Shown in pieces: positions 1 to 13,127 of a stretch of 64,000 bases of DNA. The notes under the pieces are model-generated. The model did not search any database. It saw only the letters and a program-made list of their open reading frames with translations, and had not been told where the DNA came from. Source of the DNA: the human T2T-CHM13v2.0 reference genome, Homo sapiens. The translations under genes were made by a program, and so were the position numbers. Every line of letters begins with the position of its first letter. Position 1 is the first letter of the stretch. The stretch lies in NCBI RefSeq assembly GCF_009914755.1, contig NC_060925.1; one strand, 5' to 3'.

Positions 1-127
1 CCAGAGTTGTTTGGTGTCATTTCAATTTTCTTTCTACCCAACTAAGTAGATTTTATTAGCATAATCATTGGTTTTGAGAATTAGAGCACAGGTGGTAGAC
101 ATGGCCATCATTATATCCTGGATAGTG

Positions 128-225
128 TTCATCAATCATTACACAAAATTTATTAGGCACTTACTACCTGCCAGACATCATGATAGGTGTTAGGGATACA
201 AAAATGAGTAAGGTACAGCCCTTGC
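128..225 (-). mobile_element. L2 LINE 3'-end fragment
   Basis: ttcatcaatcattacacaaaatttattaggcacttactacctgccagac... resembles the reverse-strand L2 tail; diverged. Confidence 0.5.
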
Positions 226-340
226 CACAAAATTATCAACAAATCATACCTGTGCTGAACTTTCAAACCAGTGGTTCCTTTTCTCAACTGATAGATACTG
301 CTTTCTAAAATAGTTTGTTAATGTATTAAGAGTGGATGTG

Positions 341-621
341 GCAGGAACAGAAACCCAAATACCGTATATTCTCACTCATAAGTGGGAGTTGAACCATAAG
401 AACACATAGACACAGGGAGGGGAACATCACACACCAGGGCCTGTCAGCGGGTGGGGGGCAAGGGGAAGGAGAGCATTAGGACAAATACCTAATGCATGCG
501 GGGCTTAAAACCTTGATGACTGGTTGACAGGTGCAGCAAACCACCATGGCACATGTATACCTATGTAACAAACCTGCACATTCTGCACATGTATCCCAGA
601 ACTTGAAATAAAAAAAAAAAA
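341..621 (+). mobile_element. 5'-truncated L1PA 3'UTR fragment (about L1PA8-PA10) with poly(A)
   Basis: L1 3'UTR (ttctcactcataagtgggagttgaac...G-rich tract...gcacatgtatcccagaacttgaaat) ending in an A run at 610-621. Confidence 0.9.
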
Positions 622-632
622 GATTATGTTTG

Positions 633-913
633 GGCTAGATGCAGTACTTTACTCTGGGAGGCTGAAGCGGGTGAACCGCTTGAGTTCAGGAGTTTGAGAC
701 AAGCCTGGGCAATATGATGAAACCCCATCTCTACAAATAATACAAAAATTAGCTGGGCATGGTGGCACTCGCTTGTAGTCCCAGCTACTTGGGAGGCTAA
801 GGTGGGAGCATTACTTGAGCCCGGAAGGTGGAGGGTGCATTGAGCCAAGATCATGCCACTGCACTCCATCCTGGGCAAGAGAGTGAGACCCTGTCTCAAA
901 CAAAACAAACCAG
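633..913 (+). mobile_element. AluJ-type SINE with small left-arm deletion
   Basis: Dimeric Alu, J-type gcttgagttcaggagtttgagac and gaccctgtctc, (CAAA)n tail. Confidence 0.9.
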
Positions 914-1006
914 AAAGAGTATGTGGGACCTGCTTGTGTTTACTATTTTGCCAAACAGCCCTACAATTTCGAGAGACTGTAGGTCATTTTGAAAAGGGAA
1001 GAAGTC

Positions 1007-1283
1007 GGCCAGGCGCGGTGGCTTACGCCTGTAATCCCAGCACTTTGGGAGGCCGAGGCAGGCGGATCAGGAGGTCAGGAGATCAAGACCATCCTGGCGA
1101 ACACGGTGAAACCCCGTCTCTACTAAAAACACAAAAAAATTAGCCAGGCGTGGTGGTGGGTGGCTGTAGTCCCAGCTACTCGGGAGGCTGACGCAGGAGA
1201 ATGGCGTGAACCCGGGAGGTGGAGCTTGGCGAGATCGCGCCACCACACTCTAGCCTGGGCGACAGAGCAGGACTCTGTCTCAG

Positions 1284-1312
<29 letters not shown>
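1007..1312 (+). mobile_element. AluY with 16-bp TSD
   Basis: Y-type gagatcaagaccatcctggc and atggcgtgaacccgggagg; long A tail; TSD gaaaagggaagaagtc 991-1006 vs gaagagggaagaagtc 1313-1328; ~9-bp deletion in right arm. Confidence 0.93.
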
Positions 1313-1314
<2 letters not shown>

Positions 1315-1625
1315 AGAGGGAAGAAGTCTAGTAGTGGTCAAAACCTGCTTCTGATTATTTTTTCTTTAAGAGTTAATTCCAGTTGGGAATAGTTTGCTTG
1401 GTTGTTACTTATGACTCCTCTCACTTGGAACTCTGATACAGTAGCTCAAGGGCCTATATTCTGGCATTTTGATGGAATGGGTTTATTTTCTCAACCCTGG
1501 ACACCAGTTGCTACTTGGGAAAGACAGCAGAGGAGTGAATCTCTCCCCTTTAGGCTCTTGGTAGCTCTGTAGAAAATCTGGCCACTGAGCTGGCCCAGGC
1601 TCTGTCATTGCCCTCCCTAATGGTT

Positions 1626-1676
1626 GTGTGTATGTGTGTGAGAGCGGGGGAGGGGGGAGAGAGAGAGAGTGTGTGC
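1626..1676. repeat. compound (TG)n/(G)n/(GA)n microsatellite
   Basis: direct reading. Confidence 0.85.
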
Positions 1677-1861
1677 TTTAATTTCCTTACTCTCAGATGG
1701 GGATAGTGTTCTCTACCTTACTTGTTTCACAGGGTTGCTCTGAAAGTAAAATTATACAAAAAAGGAAAGTAAATATGACTGTGCTTAGAAAAAATGACTT
1801 ATGACAATTTAAGATATTATTAATTAGTGATACTAAATCAGTATTACTCTGCATTCCCCTG

Positions 1862-2070
1862 AGATAGTGTAATCTAGTGGTTAAGACTCTGTTTTGGCTC
1901 TTACTAACCATGTGATTGTGGGCAAGTCACTTAATTTATTTGAGCCTCAGTTTCTTTATCTGTGAAAGAAAGATAACTTTACCTACTTCATACAGTTGCT
2001 GTGAGGTTTGAATAACTTATTACCAGTAAAGTGATTACCCTAGTGTCTAGCATATGGAAAGTGTTTACTT
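1862..2070 (+). mobile_element. MIR SINE
   Basis: MIR core ggcaagtcacttaatttatttgagcctcagtttctttatctgtgaaa. Confidence 0.8.
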
Positions 2071-2403
2071 CATCAAGTGTTTGCTTTCCTTATTCCTGCC
2101 ATGCCCAAGAGGACTTTACAGCTCTTTGCAAATGCTTTTGTATAGAAATGACCTCCTGTTCCTCTTATGACCCACTGAAAACCAAGAATATTTGCAAAAT
2201 GGAGAGACAACATGGGCCCAAGGGAACAAAGCGTTGAAAGACCTAAATTTTAATTCTGGTACTTTGGCCAATTGGCCAGGTGATCTTAGACAGACTCTTT
2301 GTTTATGGTGGTTAGCATGTCTGCAATATGCAGATGAGGGAGCTGAGGTCCTGATTCATCCCTCCAAGCTAAAATAAATGCTCAAGTGTCTCCTACCTTT
2401 AAA

Positions 2404-2469
2404 AACCAACCAACCAACCAACCAACCAACCAACCAACCAACCAACCAATGAACGAACCAGCCAACCAA
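2404..2469. repeat. (AACC)n tetranucleotide repeat
   Basis: about 11 perfect units plus a degenerate tail. Confidence 0.95.
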
Positions 2470-4294
2470 TACTCAATCAAACATTTCAATAAAATATTTT
2501 CTCTTTTTGGTCATAGTCAAGCTTCTTAAAAGTTGTCTACATTAATCTCATCACTTTTTCACCTGGGTTCACTTCCTAACAACAAATATAGCAGTCTAAT
2601 TTGGCCTTTACTACTTTGTTACACCTACTCTGGTTAAAATCTTCTCTTCATTGACAAAACCAATGGACAACTTTCAAACTTCATCTTCCTTAACTTTTAG
2701 ACAAGAAGGCAATGACCTTCATGGATGATAAGTAACATTTTCAAGTTTGACTCCAGACATAGCAATTCTTGATGCTGAAATCAAAATTGCCATTTAAAGG
2801 GACTTTATTCTGCTGAAAGCATCCTATATTCAGATACAAAATGTGAATTATTCAAGTAATCAAGGAAACCAGGTCTACTAAAATATCTTACTGTGACATC
2901 AGACACCAAGAGTGAAGTCTGATGACAAGAAAATGATTAGAGCACAAAGCAATCTGTTGCTTTGTTCTTATATGAAATAGTGATGGTGAAGTAGGCACCT
3001 GCTGCCATTTGTACCTGATGGATCCTAATACATCTAATCATTCTACCTCTGTCCAATCAAAATGCATTTGTCCTGTGTCACATACCATCAAACCCTTCTT
3101 TGTTAAGAAGCCTCTACAAAGATCGAAGCAAAATGTAAAAAGTAGTCATTTGCATTTCAACAACATTTTCAAGGTATAATTTTAGGCACATAGGTAGGTG
3201 AGTATGGGCAATATTTTTGGTTACGGGTATCTTTTCCAAGCTCCCTGAAATCCCCACCTGGAGTCATTTGCCTTTTAATGGGACATTTGGTGAAGCTGCT
3301 AGCCTGAGCTGAGTGAGATCATTGTAGAGAAGGTTTATCATTCTCAGAAGCTGTCAAGATGATTAAATAGGGCTGTTGTGCAATAGGTCCCAAGCAACAG
3401 CAGCAATAGAGTGGGATAAACACTGGACTGGGAATCAGGGAACAGGTTCCATGACTCTGGCAAGTCTCTTCCACTCTCTTAGCCTTGGTATAGTCACTAG
3501 TAAAATGAGGGGCTGAATTAGATTATTTCTAAGGTCATGTCTAGTCAATGCTGAAGTCATTTTAAAAAACTTCCTCTCTCTACTGACTCTGCAGCTCTCC
3601 TCCTAATTTCTTTGACCTATTTTTACCTTGCCTGATTTTACCCCTACTTTCCAAATTGATTATTTCTTATCTCTCTGCCTTATCACTTACTTTCTAGCTA
3701 GTTCACTCAAAGATAAGCCCAGGAAATATGTATCTCACAAACAAATTGTCTCTTTCTTTGGAGATAGTATATCTCTCTGCTAGGTTAACAGCAGGGCAAT
3801 TACGTGGCAAATCTGGGATGTGTCCAGATTATTCACACTTACAAAGCAAGGCTCTTTAGCCTGAACTCTTGGCCCTTTTCTGAAGTTGTTCACTGATGCT
3901 TGTGTGAAATGCCAGTTGGGTGACCAGGTTTGAAACCAGATAATTCCACTAGACTACAGGGTCCTATAGGGAGTAGACTACAATCTCCCCATGGCTCTGC
4001 TCTGAAAGGAATTTTCTCTAAAGATTTTCAAACTCTGGAGTTGATGAAACTGTTTATATATATTTTTTCTTGCTCTGGTTCCTCAAACCCAAGCTGACAG
4101 AGGGCTGGAGCCTGTAGACTGTGGTGATCCACCCACTAAACATGTCAACAAGAACTATACCCTCTTTCATGGGGCACATTTGGCATTAATATAATGAGCT
4201 TTTAAAAAATAAAAAATTAAAACCCTCACAATTAAAAATACTGTGAAATTTCAGAACATCAAGGATAAAGAGAATATACTAAAAACTTTCCTTG

Positions 4295-4459
4295 TAGGGT
4301 TGACAGATAAAATATAGGACACCAGTTAAATTTGAAGTTCATATAAACAATGAATAATTTTTTTTTAGATTAAGCACGTCCCCAATATTTCATTGTTTAT
4401 CTGAAAGGTAATTTTAATCAGATGTTCTGTATTTTTATTTGCTAAATGTGTCTATCCTA
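4295..4459. mobile_element. MER53 palindromic hAT MITE with 8-bp TSD
   Basis: Starts tagggttgacagataaaatataggac, ends gtatttttatttgctaaatgtgtctatccta; TSD tttccttg 4287-4294 / tttcctag 4460-4467. Confidence 0.8.
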
Positions 4460-4811
4460 TTTCCTAGAATAAAGCTAGATCGCCCAAATATAGCATCAGT
4501 AACAGTGGGTGGTAAAAGGCAATATGAGTGCTGCTTTCAAAATTCCAAGACACAATCATTTTTCAACCCAGAATCCCATATCTACCCAACTCATCAACGA
4601 AGTATAAGGGGGAAATTAAAACACTGAAAGACATTCAATGACTCAGAAACATTATTTCCATAATACATATCTTAGAAAATCATCCAGTGTGTGTTCTAGT
4701 AAAAGCAGGGAGTAAATCAAAGGAGAAAGACATGGGGTCCATGATAGTATGACTCAGGTTCAGAAAATCAGTTAAGGGCTACCTAAGATGACGTGTGCTC
4801 AGTGGAACTCA

Positions 4812-5175
4812 GGTAACAGGTAAGCTTCTTTGACTGAAAGTAACAGAAAATCCAACTCAAATTGGCATGAAAACGATAACAAAAAGGCAGGGAGGGCTCT
4901 CAGGTTGATTTAATGGTTCGAAGATCAATGAAGATCCAGGCTTTCACTGTCTCTCTGTTCTGCCATCCTTGGTATTGGCTTCTCCAAAGGCTGCTTTTCC
5001 TCTTGGTCAAGATGACTGCCAGAGCAACCTAAGCAATGCTTTTTGTTTGTACCTAGTGGGAGAGTACTGACTTCTCCTTCCCAGCAAGTCTCTCCTCACA
5101 TCCCATTTGCCCAAAGTGGCCTACAGCTGCCCATTCCCAGAAGTGTCTAGCAAAGGAGATGGAGTAGCTTTGATT
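4812..5175 (-). mobile_element. MLT1 (MaLR) LTR fragment
   Basis: gactgaaagtaacagaaaatccaactcaaattggc...ctctctgttctgccatccttgg typical of reverse MLT1. Confidence 0.55.
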
Positions 5176-5179
5176 CTTC

Positions 5180-5425
5180 CATTCAGTGTCAACTGTGTAT
5201 GAGGCGCTGTTCTAAGCACTGATGATAAGGCAGAAAGTAAAACAGACAAAACTTCCAACTTTTACAGAGCTCAGATTTAGGAAAACAGACAATAGACAAA
5301 GTAAGTATGTAAAATATCTGTATGCTATATGGTCGTACGTGCTGGTGAGACAAAGCAGAAGAGAGACTAGGTAGTATTTGGGAGGGTGATTAAATTTTAG
5401 GGAAGGTGTTCAGGAAAATCCTCAC
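5180..5425 (-). mobile_element. L2 3' fragment
   Basis: gaggcgctgttctaagcactgatgataaggcag...aacagacaaaa...gagctcagatttag. Confidence 0.6.
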
Positions 5426-7065
5426 TAAGAATGTAATGGGGGAATCAACCACACTCTTTCTATGACACGTACAGAACAAAACATCCAGGTCAAAGCGGAG
5501 GGATGTAGAGCCTGGGGAAAGAGGTCTCCTGGGCAAAAGGGGGGACTTCCTAGAAAACTTGATATAATGGAAAGTTTAAAAATAATGTTAGAATCAGGAG
5601 AAATAAAAACGTGTAGGAAAGAAATTATACTCATAGAATACTACTTGGCTCCTCCATGAATTAACGTTTACATAGTCACAATACTGTAAATGCTGTTATT
5701 AGTTTTAGTATTTTAGAATGAATTGTTGGAAAAAGTATTGATGATGGAATTATGATTACCAAGCCAAATGTAAATGTTATCAACTTGAATCCTCTAAGGT
5801 TGCAATCCTGAAGATGGGAGGTAGAAGAGCTTAGGGCAAGGCTAAGAGCACCAGGGTTCTTTTTGTACCCACTGCAGTGTTAAGAGAGACTATCTATGTT
5901 TGGCAAAATAAGAAGACATAGTGTATGTTTATTACTTAAACTTTCAAAAGGAAGGAAACAATACAGGAACCAGGAACTAAATATAGTGCTATAATTGTAT
6001 TGGGAAATTGGGGAGGAAGGATGGGAGGTGATATAAATGAGTTAAATCTTTTAGAAACTCATATACACCATAGAACCACAAAAGAACTACAGTATTTCTA
6101 TGTGACTATAGAATAAACATGTTGAGTTAGTGGGTTGACTTTGGGAAGGTAAGACTGAAGGTGAGAGCAAAAGGCAAACTATTGTTTTTGTTGCTAGTTC
6201 TTTGGCAAAATTTGACTTTTGAACTATGTGCATTCATTACTTTGACTTAAAAAAAGTCTGCTCTCCATTCTAGAATTTTTTTCTATATTCTTAAAATTGA
6301 CACATGCTTATTATGGAAAAGTTTGAAAATATGGAAAATTGTCCAGTATTTAAAGGCAATTCTTAAAACTATTGGTATATTTTCCTTCACTCTTTTAAAA
6401 TTGATTACATTTATACACATTTGTGATTATGTTGAGTTAGGATACATTTTGGTGCATTCAAATTCATGAATCTAAATTGATTAGCTTAGATTCCATACAT
6501 AATTTTTATCATTTTACATCCCCATCAGGATTGAAAAGAAGAACAAAACAAACATATTAAAGTCTTTGTATGAGAGATGTTTGACATTAAATAGTGGCAG
6601 TAAAATTAGCCAGTTCATCAAGGAAACTAGATCCCAGCAAGCTGAAGTCAAGTTCACACTGTTATTCAGTGAGAGCTGTTAACTACTAGCCGAAACTAAA
6701 TGACAGATTTGTTTTATATCTGAAAATGATAACATAGGCATCTTATACAATGAAGACATGGATTCATATCCTGCCTTCCTCACTGGTCTTGGCTCCCACT
6801 TCTCCCAACCTCGCTCAAAGCCCAAGCCACTCACATCTAGCTGTGTATCTCCAAACACACCAGGCTTCCTCCTGGTTTGTGCTTCAGCCATGCTGTTTCC
6901 TTTTCTTGAAATCCTTTTTCCAATCTAGTTGCCCTGGACAAAATGTTATCAATCCTTTAAGTCTCCTGTGATGCTTAGCTAACTCCTTCTAGCTAACTCA
7001 GCAAAATGGATATTTTGCTGCTTCTTTTCCTTGTGCAACCACTGAACTTGATCCATGCCATGACT

Positions 7066-7330
7066 AGCGTATTCATGGTGTGGAGTGAAGAGTATGAGTG
7101 TAGAGTCAGACTGTCTGAGCTTGGCTTCCAGCTCCACCTCTAACTGACCATGTGAACTTGGGCAAGCCACTTACCCACTTTGATCCTCAGTTTACTCATC
7201 TGTAAAATGACATTAATAATAATACTTACCTCAGTGGTTATGGTAAGAATTAAGATAATCAATACAGGAAAAGCACTTGGCAGGGTGACTGGCCTACAGT
7301 AAGTGCTCAGAAACATATGCTATTATTATT
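7066..7330 (+). mobile_element. MIR SINE, near full length, inside L2-like sequence
   Basis: gagtcagactgtctgagcttgg...aacttgggcaagccacttaccc...cctcagtttactcatctgtaaaatg...gtaagtgctcag. Confidence 0.85.
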
Positions 7331-8989
7331 TGTTGTTGTAGCTGCTGCTGTAATGATTAGCTTGCATGTCCAGCCATTGAGGTTAGTGACTGTAACATTT
7401 CATCTTTATCTACTCTGTCTCACTTTAGAATCTGGCATTGTGTCCTTGAAAAATTGTGTAGACTGATTGAATAAGTGAACAATTTAGAGTGAATTCAGCT
7501 GCCTTTGCTTTTATAACTATTATTTTAAGGATGGTAGTTCTAACAGTAGACCTCAGAGTCATGCAAAAAGCTAACCAGCATTAATTCAGTGAAGCAATAT
7601 TTTTTCTACTTAAAACAAAGAACCACTTCCTGAATACATTTACTGTATTTTCAGCTCTGAGATGGAGCTGAAAATACAGGAACGATAGGGGAGGTCTCCT
7701 AGCAATGCAAGACCTTGCCTCTGTCCTATAATATTTTTTGGAGTCATAGAGAAACAGGTATTGCCAGTCTATATAGATTCAGAACTAAATGGGATAATGC
7801 ATTTCAAAGAGATATGAAGAAATCCAAACCACAGGAAGCATCATTAAAGTACTTTTAAATTATGTTATGAAATATAACTATTTGGGTTTTCCATGTTATT
7901 GCTTTACTTTCTTCTGTATAGGATTATTATTAATAAGCCAGGGAGATTTCCCTTGAAGCCCAATTATATTTAACACCTTTGCAGTGATGCATGACTGACT
8001 TATGACCTCAGGAGTAAGTTCTGATGGTGGTTCTGTTCTGATGATGTGGCCCCACCTGTCTGCACCTTATCCCAGAACCAAAGCTCCATTTGCTCCACTA
8101 TTACAGTGAGAAGGCACTTCAATCCCCCTGCAAGAGAATCAGGTTCTGATGGCAATTATTTGAGTCTGACTCCACGCAAGACACTTCAGTAGATACTTGG
8201 GAGAATAATATTTGTCCTGCTTATCTCCAAAGGCTGCTGGAAGACTCCGGTGAGCCATTTTATAAAGTACAAAGTGATCTACAAATACAAGGTCTTATTA
8301 TTATTAAAAACACATCTCATCTTCCACTGGAACGTTTAGATAAAGGAGTGTGGGGTGTAATAAAGAACTAAGCTAAAGCGAGAGAAACACTGAAAAACTA
8401 CGAAATGTCACACAAGTACCATAAAGAGAGTGATTACTTGATTAATTAATGATAGGAACCCTACATTTAAGTCTTTCAGTTATACTTGCATCAGTCCTCT
8501 TTGCCTATCAGAATGCGGTTTGTTTCTGCCAACGAATAACTATCAAACCACTGAGGCCTAACTGATGTGTGATTAATGTGGGCTCCATTAATTGTGTGGC
8601 TGAGTTTTATGCATGAAGCTGTATCCTTGATTTTTCACCTTTAATTTCCTCCTGTTTAACTGCTGGTCATAAAATTGTTTCAAATGTATCTGCTGAGTCT
8701 GAGAGCAAGTTTTGCAACTTGAAAAGTGCCTGAGTCAGTTTGGGCATCTTGTTTGGTAAAACCGACTTGGGGGAACTCTTAACGCTGTAAGATGAATTGC
8801 TACTTGGCTTCCACTCCCAGCCCTGCTGGCTCCCTTCCTGCCACTGCTCACTGGCACTGCATCTCATCTATTATCATTAAGCACATGCATAGCATTGATA
8901 ATGGCAAAAGGCTTAATAACTTTCTTTCTGATAGCCCATCATATGTGGCTCTATTCAACCTTATTTTAGACAGCTAGAGATGATGACAT

Positions 8990-9557
8990 CTGTCTTTCTG
9001 GTCTTTTTCACATTCATTTACCATCTCTGTTAATATCACCTGATTTTCTTTTGGGGCAGCACCCCTTCCCATCTCTGCTTTTATTTTCTGTGTTTCAAGT
9101 AGGGCTGGTCTCATTTCCCTGGCTCCGGAGCTAGGCCTGGACAATTAGAATTCCAGTGATTGGTTCGGGGATAGGCATGTGACCCAAGCTCGGTCAACTC
9201 TCGGTCAACTAGAGAGACAACCTAGGTCAACTAGACAGGCAACCCTAGGACTTTAGCAGGAACTATTAGGAGGAAAAAAAAAAAAAAAGCTCTTTGTCCT
9301 CTTGGGTTTTTAGATTGCTAAAATACTAAATCTAGATCTTCCGGTCTCTTTGTCACTGCTGAAGAAGAACCCAGCTGAGAATGAAGCCAACACAGAGAAA
9401 AAGAGAGCCAAGAGATGGAGAGAGACAAACTCCTGCTGACATTGTTTGAATACGTGGATTCAGTTGTGCCTAAAGACAAGCCTGGGCCTGTACTTTTCTA
9501 TTGTGTGAGCCGTTTGAATAGGATTTTGTCACTTATAACCAAGAGTACTGATTCAAA
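8990..9557 (+). mobile_element. MLT1J/K-type MaLR LTR
   Basis: gtgattggttcggggataggcatgtgacccaag; gagaatgaagccaacacagag; ttttgtcacttataaccaagag. Confidence 0.7.
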
Positions 9558-10529
9558 TGATGATGCTGGTCACCATACCTTTCTGCCTTAGTATGTCATA
9601 TATGTACAGAGACTTAAGAAAATTAGAATTAGAAAAATAAGGTTTAGGATTTTAGAAATATATGCATATTTAAATGTATAACTTTTTCCTCTAGAAGAAG
9701 TTTGCTTGGGTCAAATGGACATTTTTCCTTATGATGTTGGAGAGGTCAGATTGAAATAATTTGGTGACAGCTCACTGGTGAAATGCACTTTGTACTCAGA
9801 GGGGAGACACTGTGGTTCATTCATTCATGTAATGATTGGGTCCTGCTTATGCTGGGTGGTGAGGAAATGGCAGGTGCACAAGATAGCTCAGCTTGCTTTC
9901 CTAGTGGAAATTATAATTTAATAGATTTTAGTGAATCAAAAATCCAGGACCCATAGAGATAAAAGAAATCAGCAAATTTTGACAGTAAACCCCTTTATCA
10001 ATGTGTAGTACCACTTCGGGATAGACTCTATCATTTTCAAGGTGTATTGATGATATGATTAGTTATAGAAGCATGCCTGATTCTATGCTCACTTTAGTCT
10101 ATGGTGGCCCTAAGCTCTTTTAATTTTCAACGTTGAAAAGGAAAAGCTTTCCTGGAAAGGAAATTGAGGCAGCTCAACAGTAAAAAGGATTTAAGGACTG
10201 AAAAATACTACCCATTAATCTTGTTACTCTTTAATGATTGGTTTTCTTTTTGGGGCTGCTAAGATCGTTGTAGATTTAGGGCACTTTTACTCCAGCAAGT
10301 TGTAAACACTTTACGTGGTTGAATGCACTTTATTTTTCCCAGTCTCTGCTGATTGTATCAGAAGCCAGAGTAATATTCCCTCAGGTCACAGAGGAAAAAA
10401 CCTAAGGCAGAGAAGGCTAGAGGACCTACCTGGGTTGTCACAGTTAGAGGCTGAGACAGATCCTGATCCATCCTGATCCTTATGAGAAGCTGTTGTGTCC
10501 CAGAGGCTCGACACCCACACCTGGCTGAT

Positions 10530-11860
10530 GCACCTAACCATGTCCTCCCTCCCTTGCATCCCCACTGCCCCAACCCTGGCTGAGGTCTTAGTCAGTGTAA
10601 CTGGCGAATTTTACAATTTCCCCTTAGTTGTTCTCCCCAGTGCCACTCCCACTAATCTATTCTACTCCGTGTTGCTTCCATTGTTTTTTTTTTTTTTTTC
10701 CTGAAAGCAAAGTTCAAACTCTTTAGCCAGGCAGGCAAGGCCCTACATGAGTTGGTCTCCATCTAAAATCCTGTGCCTTATTTTCCATGACTCTCTTTTT
10801 CCACTCTTAGACCCATTGTTCCAGCCCAACTTACCATTCCCCTAACATATCCTCTATATTCCTGTCCCTTTACTCCCACTATTCTTCATCTGGAATGGTT
10901 GCACCCCTCTTCCCCCAACTCCCACTGCCAACGTTTTCACTTATTGAATTCCTACCCATCTTTGTAGGCTTCAAGAAGAAGCCTCCTCTTTTGTCAAGTT
11001 TTCTGAGATTTTCTCTAGCTGGAAGTAATTTCTTCACACTTTATATCCTTGTTATATTTTATTTGTTCCTACATTTTTTTGTTCAAATTTAGTCTGATGT
11101 TTATTTACATACTGGTCTGTCTCTCCTGATGGCATGTAAGCTCAACAAGACAGGGAACCATGCCTGGCTCTTCTTTGTGATGTCCATGGTATCTGCTGCT
11201 TGGATGATGATTGGCTTCTCTCCCAACTTAAAACTGAGGCTAAACACCTCATGATTTCTCTCACCCCCCGAGCCTTTGCAGAGGCTGTTCTCTTTTTGGG
11301 AAGTGTGTCCATCCTCCCTGCTTCCTCCACTGTCTAGTTCACAACCCGTAGTAAGAAATACATTTTATATTGTAATGCTCAACAAACATTTCACGAAGTA
11401 ATGCTAACTTTTGCTAATTTTCAATACATTTTGATCTATTCCTTATTTTTTTCCATTCTGTTCTGTTCTCTTCTATTGTATTGCAGTCCAGTCTGTTACT
11501 TCATTTTAAAAGATGTAGTTGTGACACTCTAAATAATTTCCTTGACCTATTAAGAGGTTGCAAGAACCACTGGCCTAGTTGGTTCCTACTCATCTTTCAG
11601 ATTTCTGCTCACATGTTGCATCTATAGGAAAGTCTTCTCTTGACCTCCCAGGCTAGACTGAGCCCCTGATAGAGGTTCTCATAACCCCTCTTCTTCCTAG
11701 CACTTTAATCATAGCTTTTTTTGTGTAATTGTTTTGTTGTCTTTTCTCCCCACTGGATTCCAAGCTTCATGAGGGCATAGCTTCTTTGCTTTTTTCATCA
11801 TCAAATTCTCAGTGCACAGCACAGTGCCGGGGACACATCTATACACATTAAAGCTTTGCT
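10530..11860 (+). mobile_element. L2 fragments with a probable hAT-Charlie relic at ~11334-11575
   Basis: L2-like aagttcaaactctttagcc...aaggccctacatga; aagcttcatgagggc; gcacagcacagtgccggggacac; inner segment ends aagaaccactg. Confidence 0.5.
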
Positions 11861-11986
11861 GGATCCACTAACTGGGTGTTTTTAAGTTGGGGGTTGAGGG
11901 GCTGACATAATAGATTTGTGCTTTAGATAGATCACCTAGGGTACATACATTTTATTGTTCAAAGGGCAAAAGTCAAGACTAATATG

Positions 11987-12297
<311 letters not shown>

Positions 12298-13127
12298 AAG
12301 ATGAATATGAGTGAAGTTGGGGGAGGTGCTGAAGGGTAGGGGATTTGGAGGCAAGAGGCAGGGAGGGAAGTTTGGAGGCCTATACAGTGGGGACTTGAAC
12401 TAAGGGACATTCACTGCTATTGATGAGTTGGGGACAGATCCAAGAAATGTTTTTAAGGAAGAACTGAGAGAACATAATGACCTGTTTTGAAGGTAAATCC
12501 AATCCTTGAGGACCCTCTTCTGTCCTAGTCAGGAAGTGGGAAGTTATCCTTCTGATTATATGAGTCTCTCTCTGGGTATCCAAGATGCCCTCTGACTCTT
12601 GAGGTCTCTGAGCTCTGAGGGTGGTGATCTCCCTCCCCTGGAGTTCTGCCTCCCTGGGAGAATTTGGTAAAGGTACAACCAGGGTAGCCCCCACTCAGGT
12701 CTTAGCCTCTGCTGGATCTACTTCTTTCCTGGTCCCTAGAGCCCTATCTTTTATGAGCTAATTATGCTTTGGCATTCTTTCTTTTCTTTCTTTCTTTTTT
12801 TTTTTGCTGTTAATACTAGTTTAAGCCAATTAAGATGGGAGGCATTTCAAGCAGGATTGTCTCTTTCTTGATTATTCTGTACTAAAGCCTTAGTTCTTAA
12901 TTACAAGGAGTCTGTCGCTCCTATCTACAAACACAAAGCTTCCTGAGGTGACCTGACCCACCAGGAGAGGAGAGGCAGTCTCCAGCTGCAATCAGTTCAG
13001 AGATGCAGCCACAGCACTGTGTTCCTCAGCTCCCAGCACCATCCTGGCATGGAGCATGGTTTTGGAAAGTAGCTTTAGAGGCCAAGGCTATGTCTATACA
13101 CTGTGACTTAGACCTGCCTCTTTAGTA

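Larger units (their letters stand above)
4205..6256 (+). mobile_element. HAL1 (half-L1)-like relic interrupted by MER53, MLT1 and L2
   Basis: Degenerate L1 ORF1 C-terminal-like coding (gtgaaatttcagaacatcaaggataaagag; ttcaacccagaatcccatatct) without ORF2, ending in tttgacttttgaactatgtgcattcattactttgacttaaaaaaa. Confidence 0.55.

Noticed and set aside
624-1354. Alu ORFs (also 11995-12278, 15479-15899, 23557-24220, 58160-58402)
   Set aside because: Typical Alu translation products, not genes
2700-3400. Unique-looking sequence as a possible exon or processed pseudogene
   Set aside because: No ORF of 60 aa or more, no poly(A)/TSD, no homology I can recognise
3950-3995. tagactaca repeat resembling a ZNF143 motif
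   Set aside because: Imperfect match and no CpG-island or promoter context
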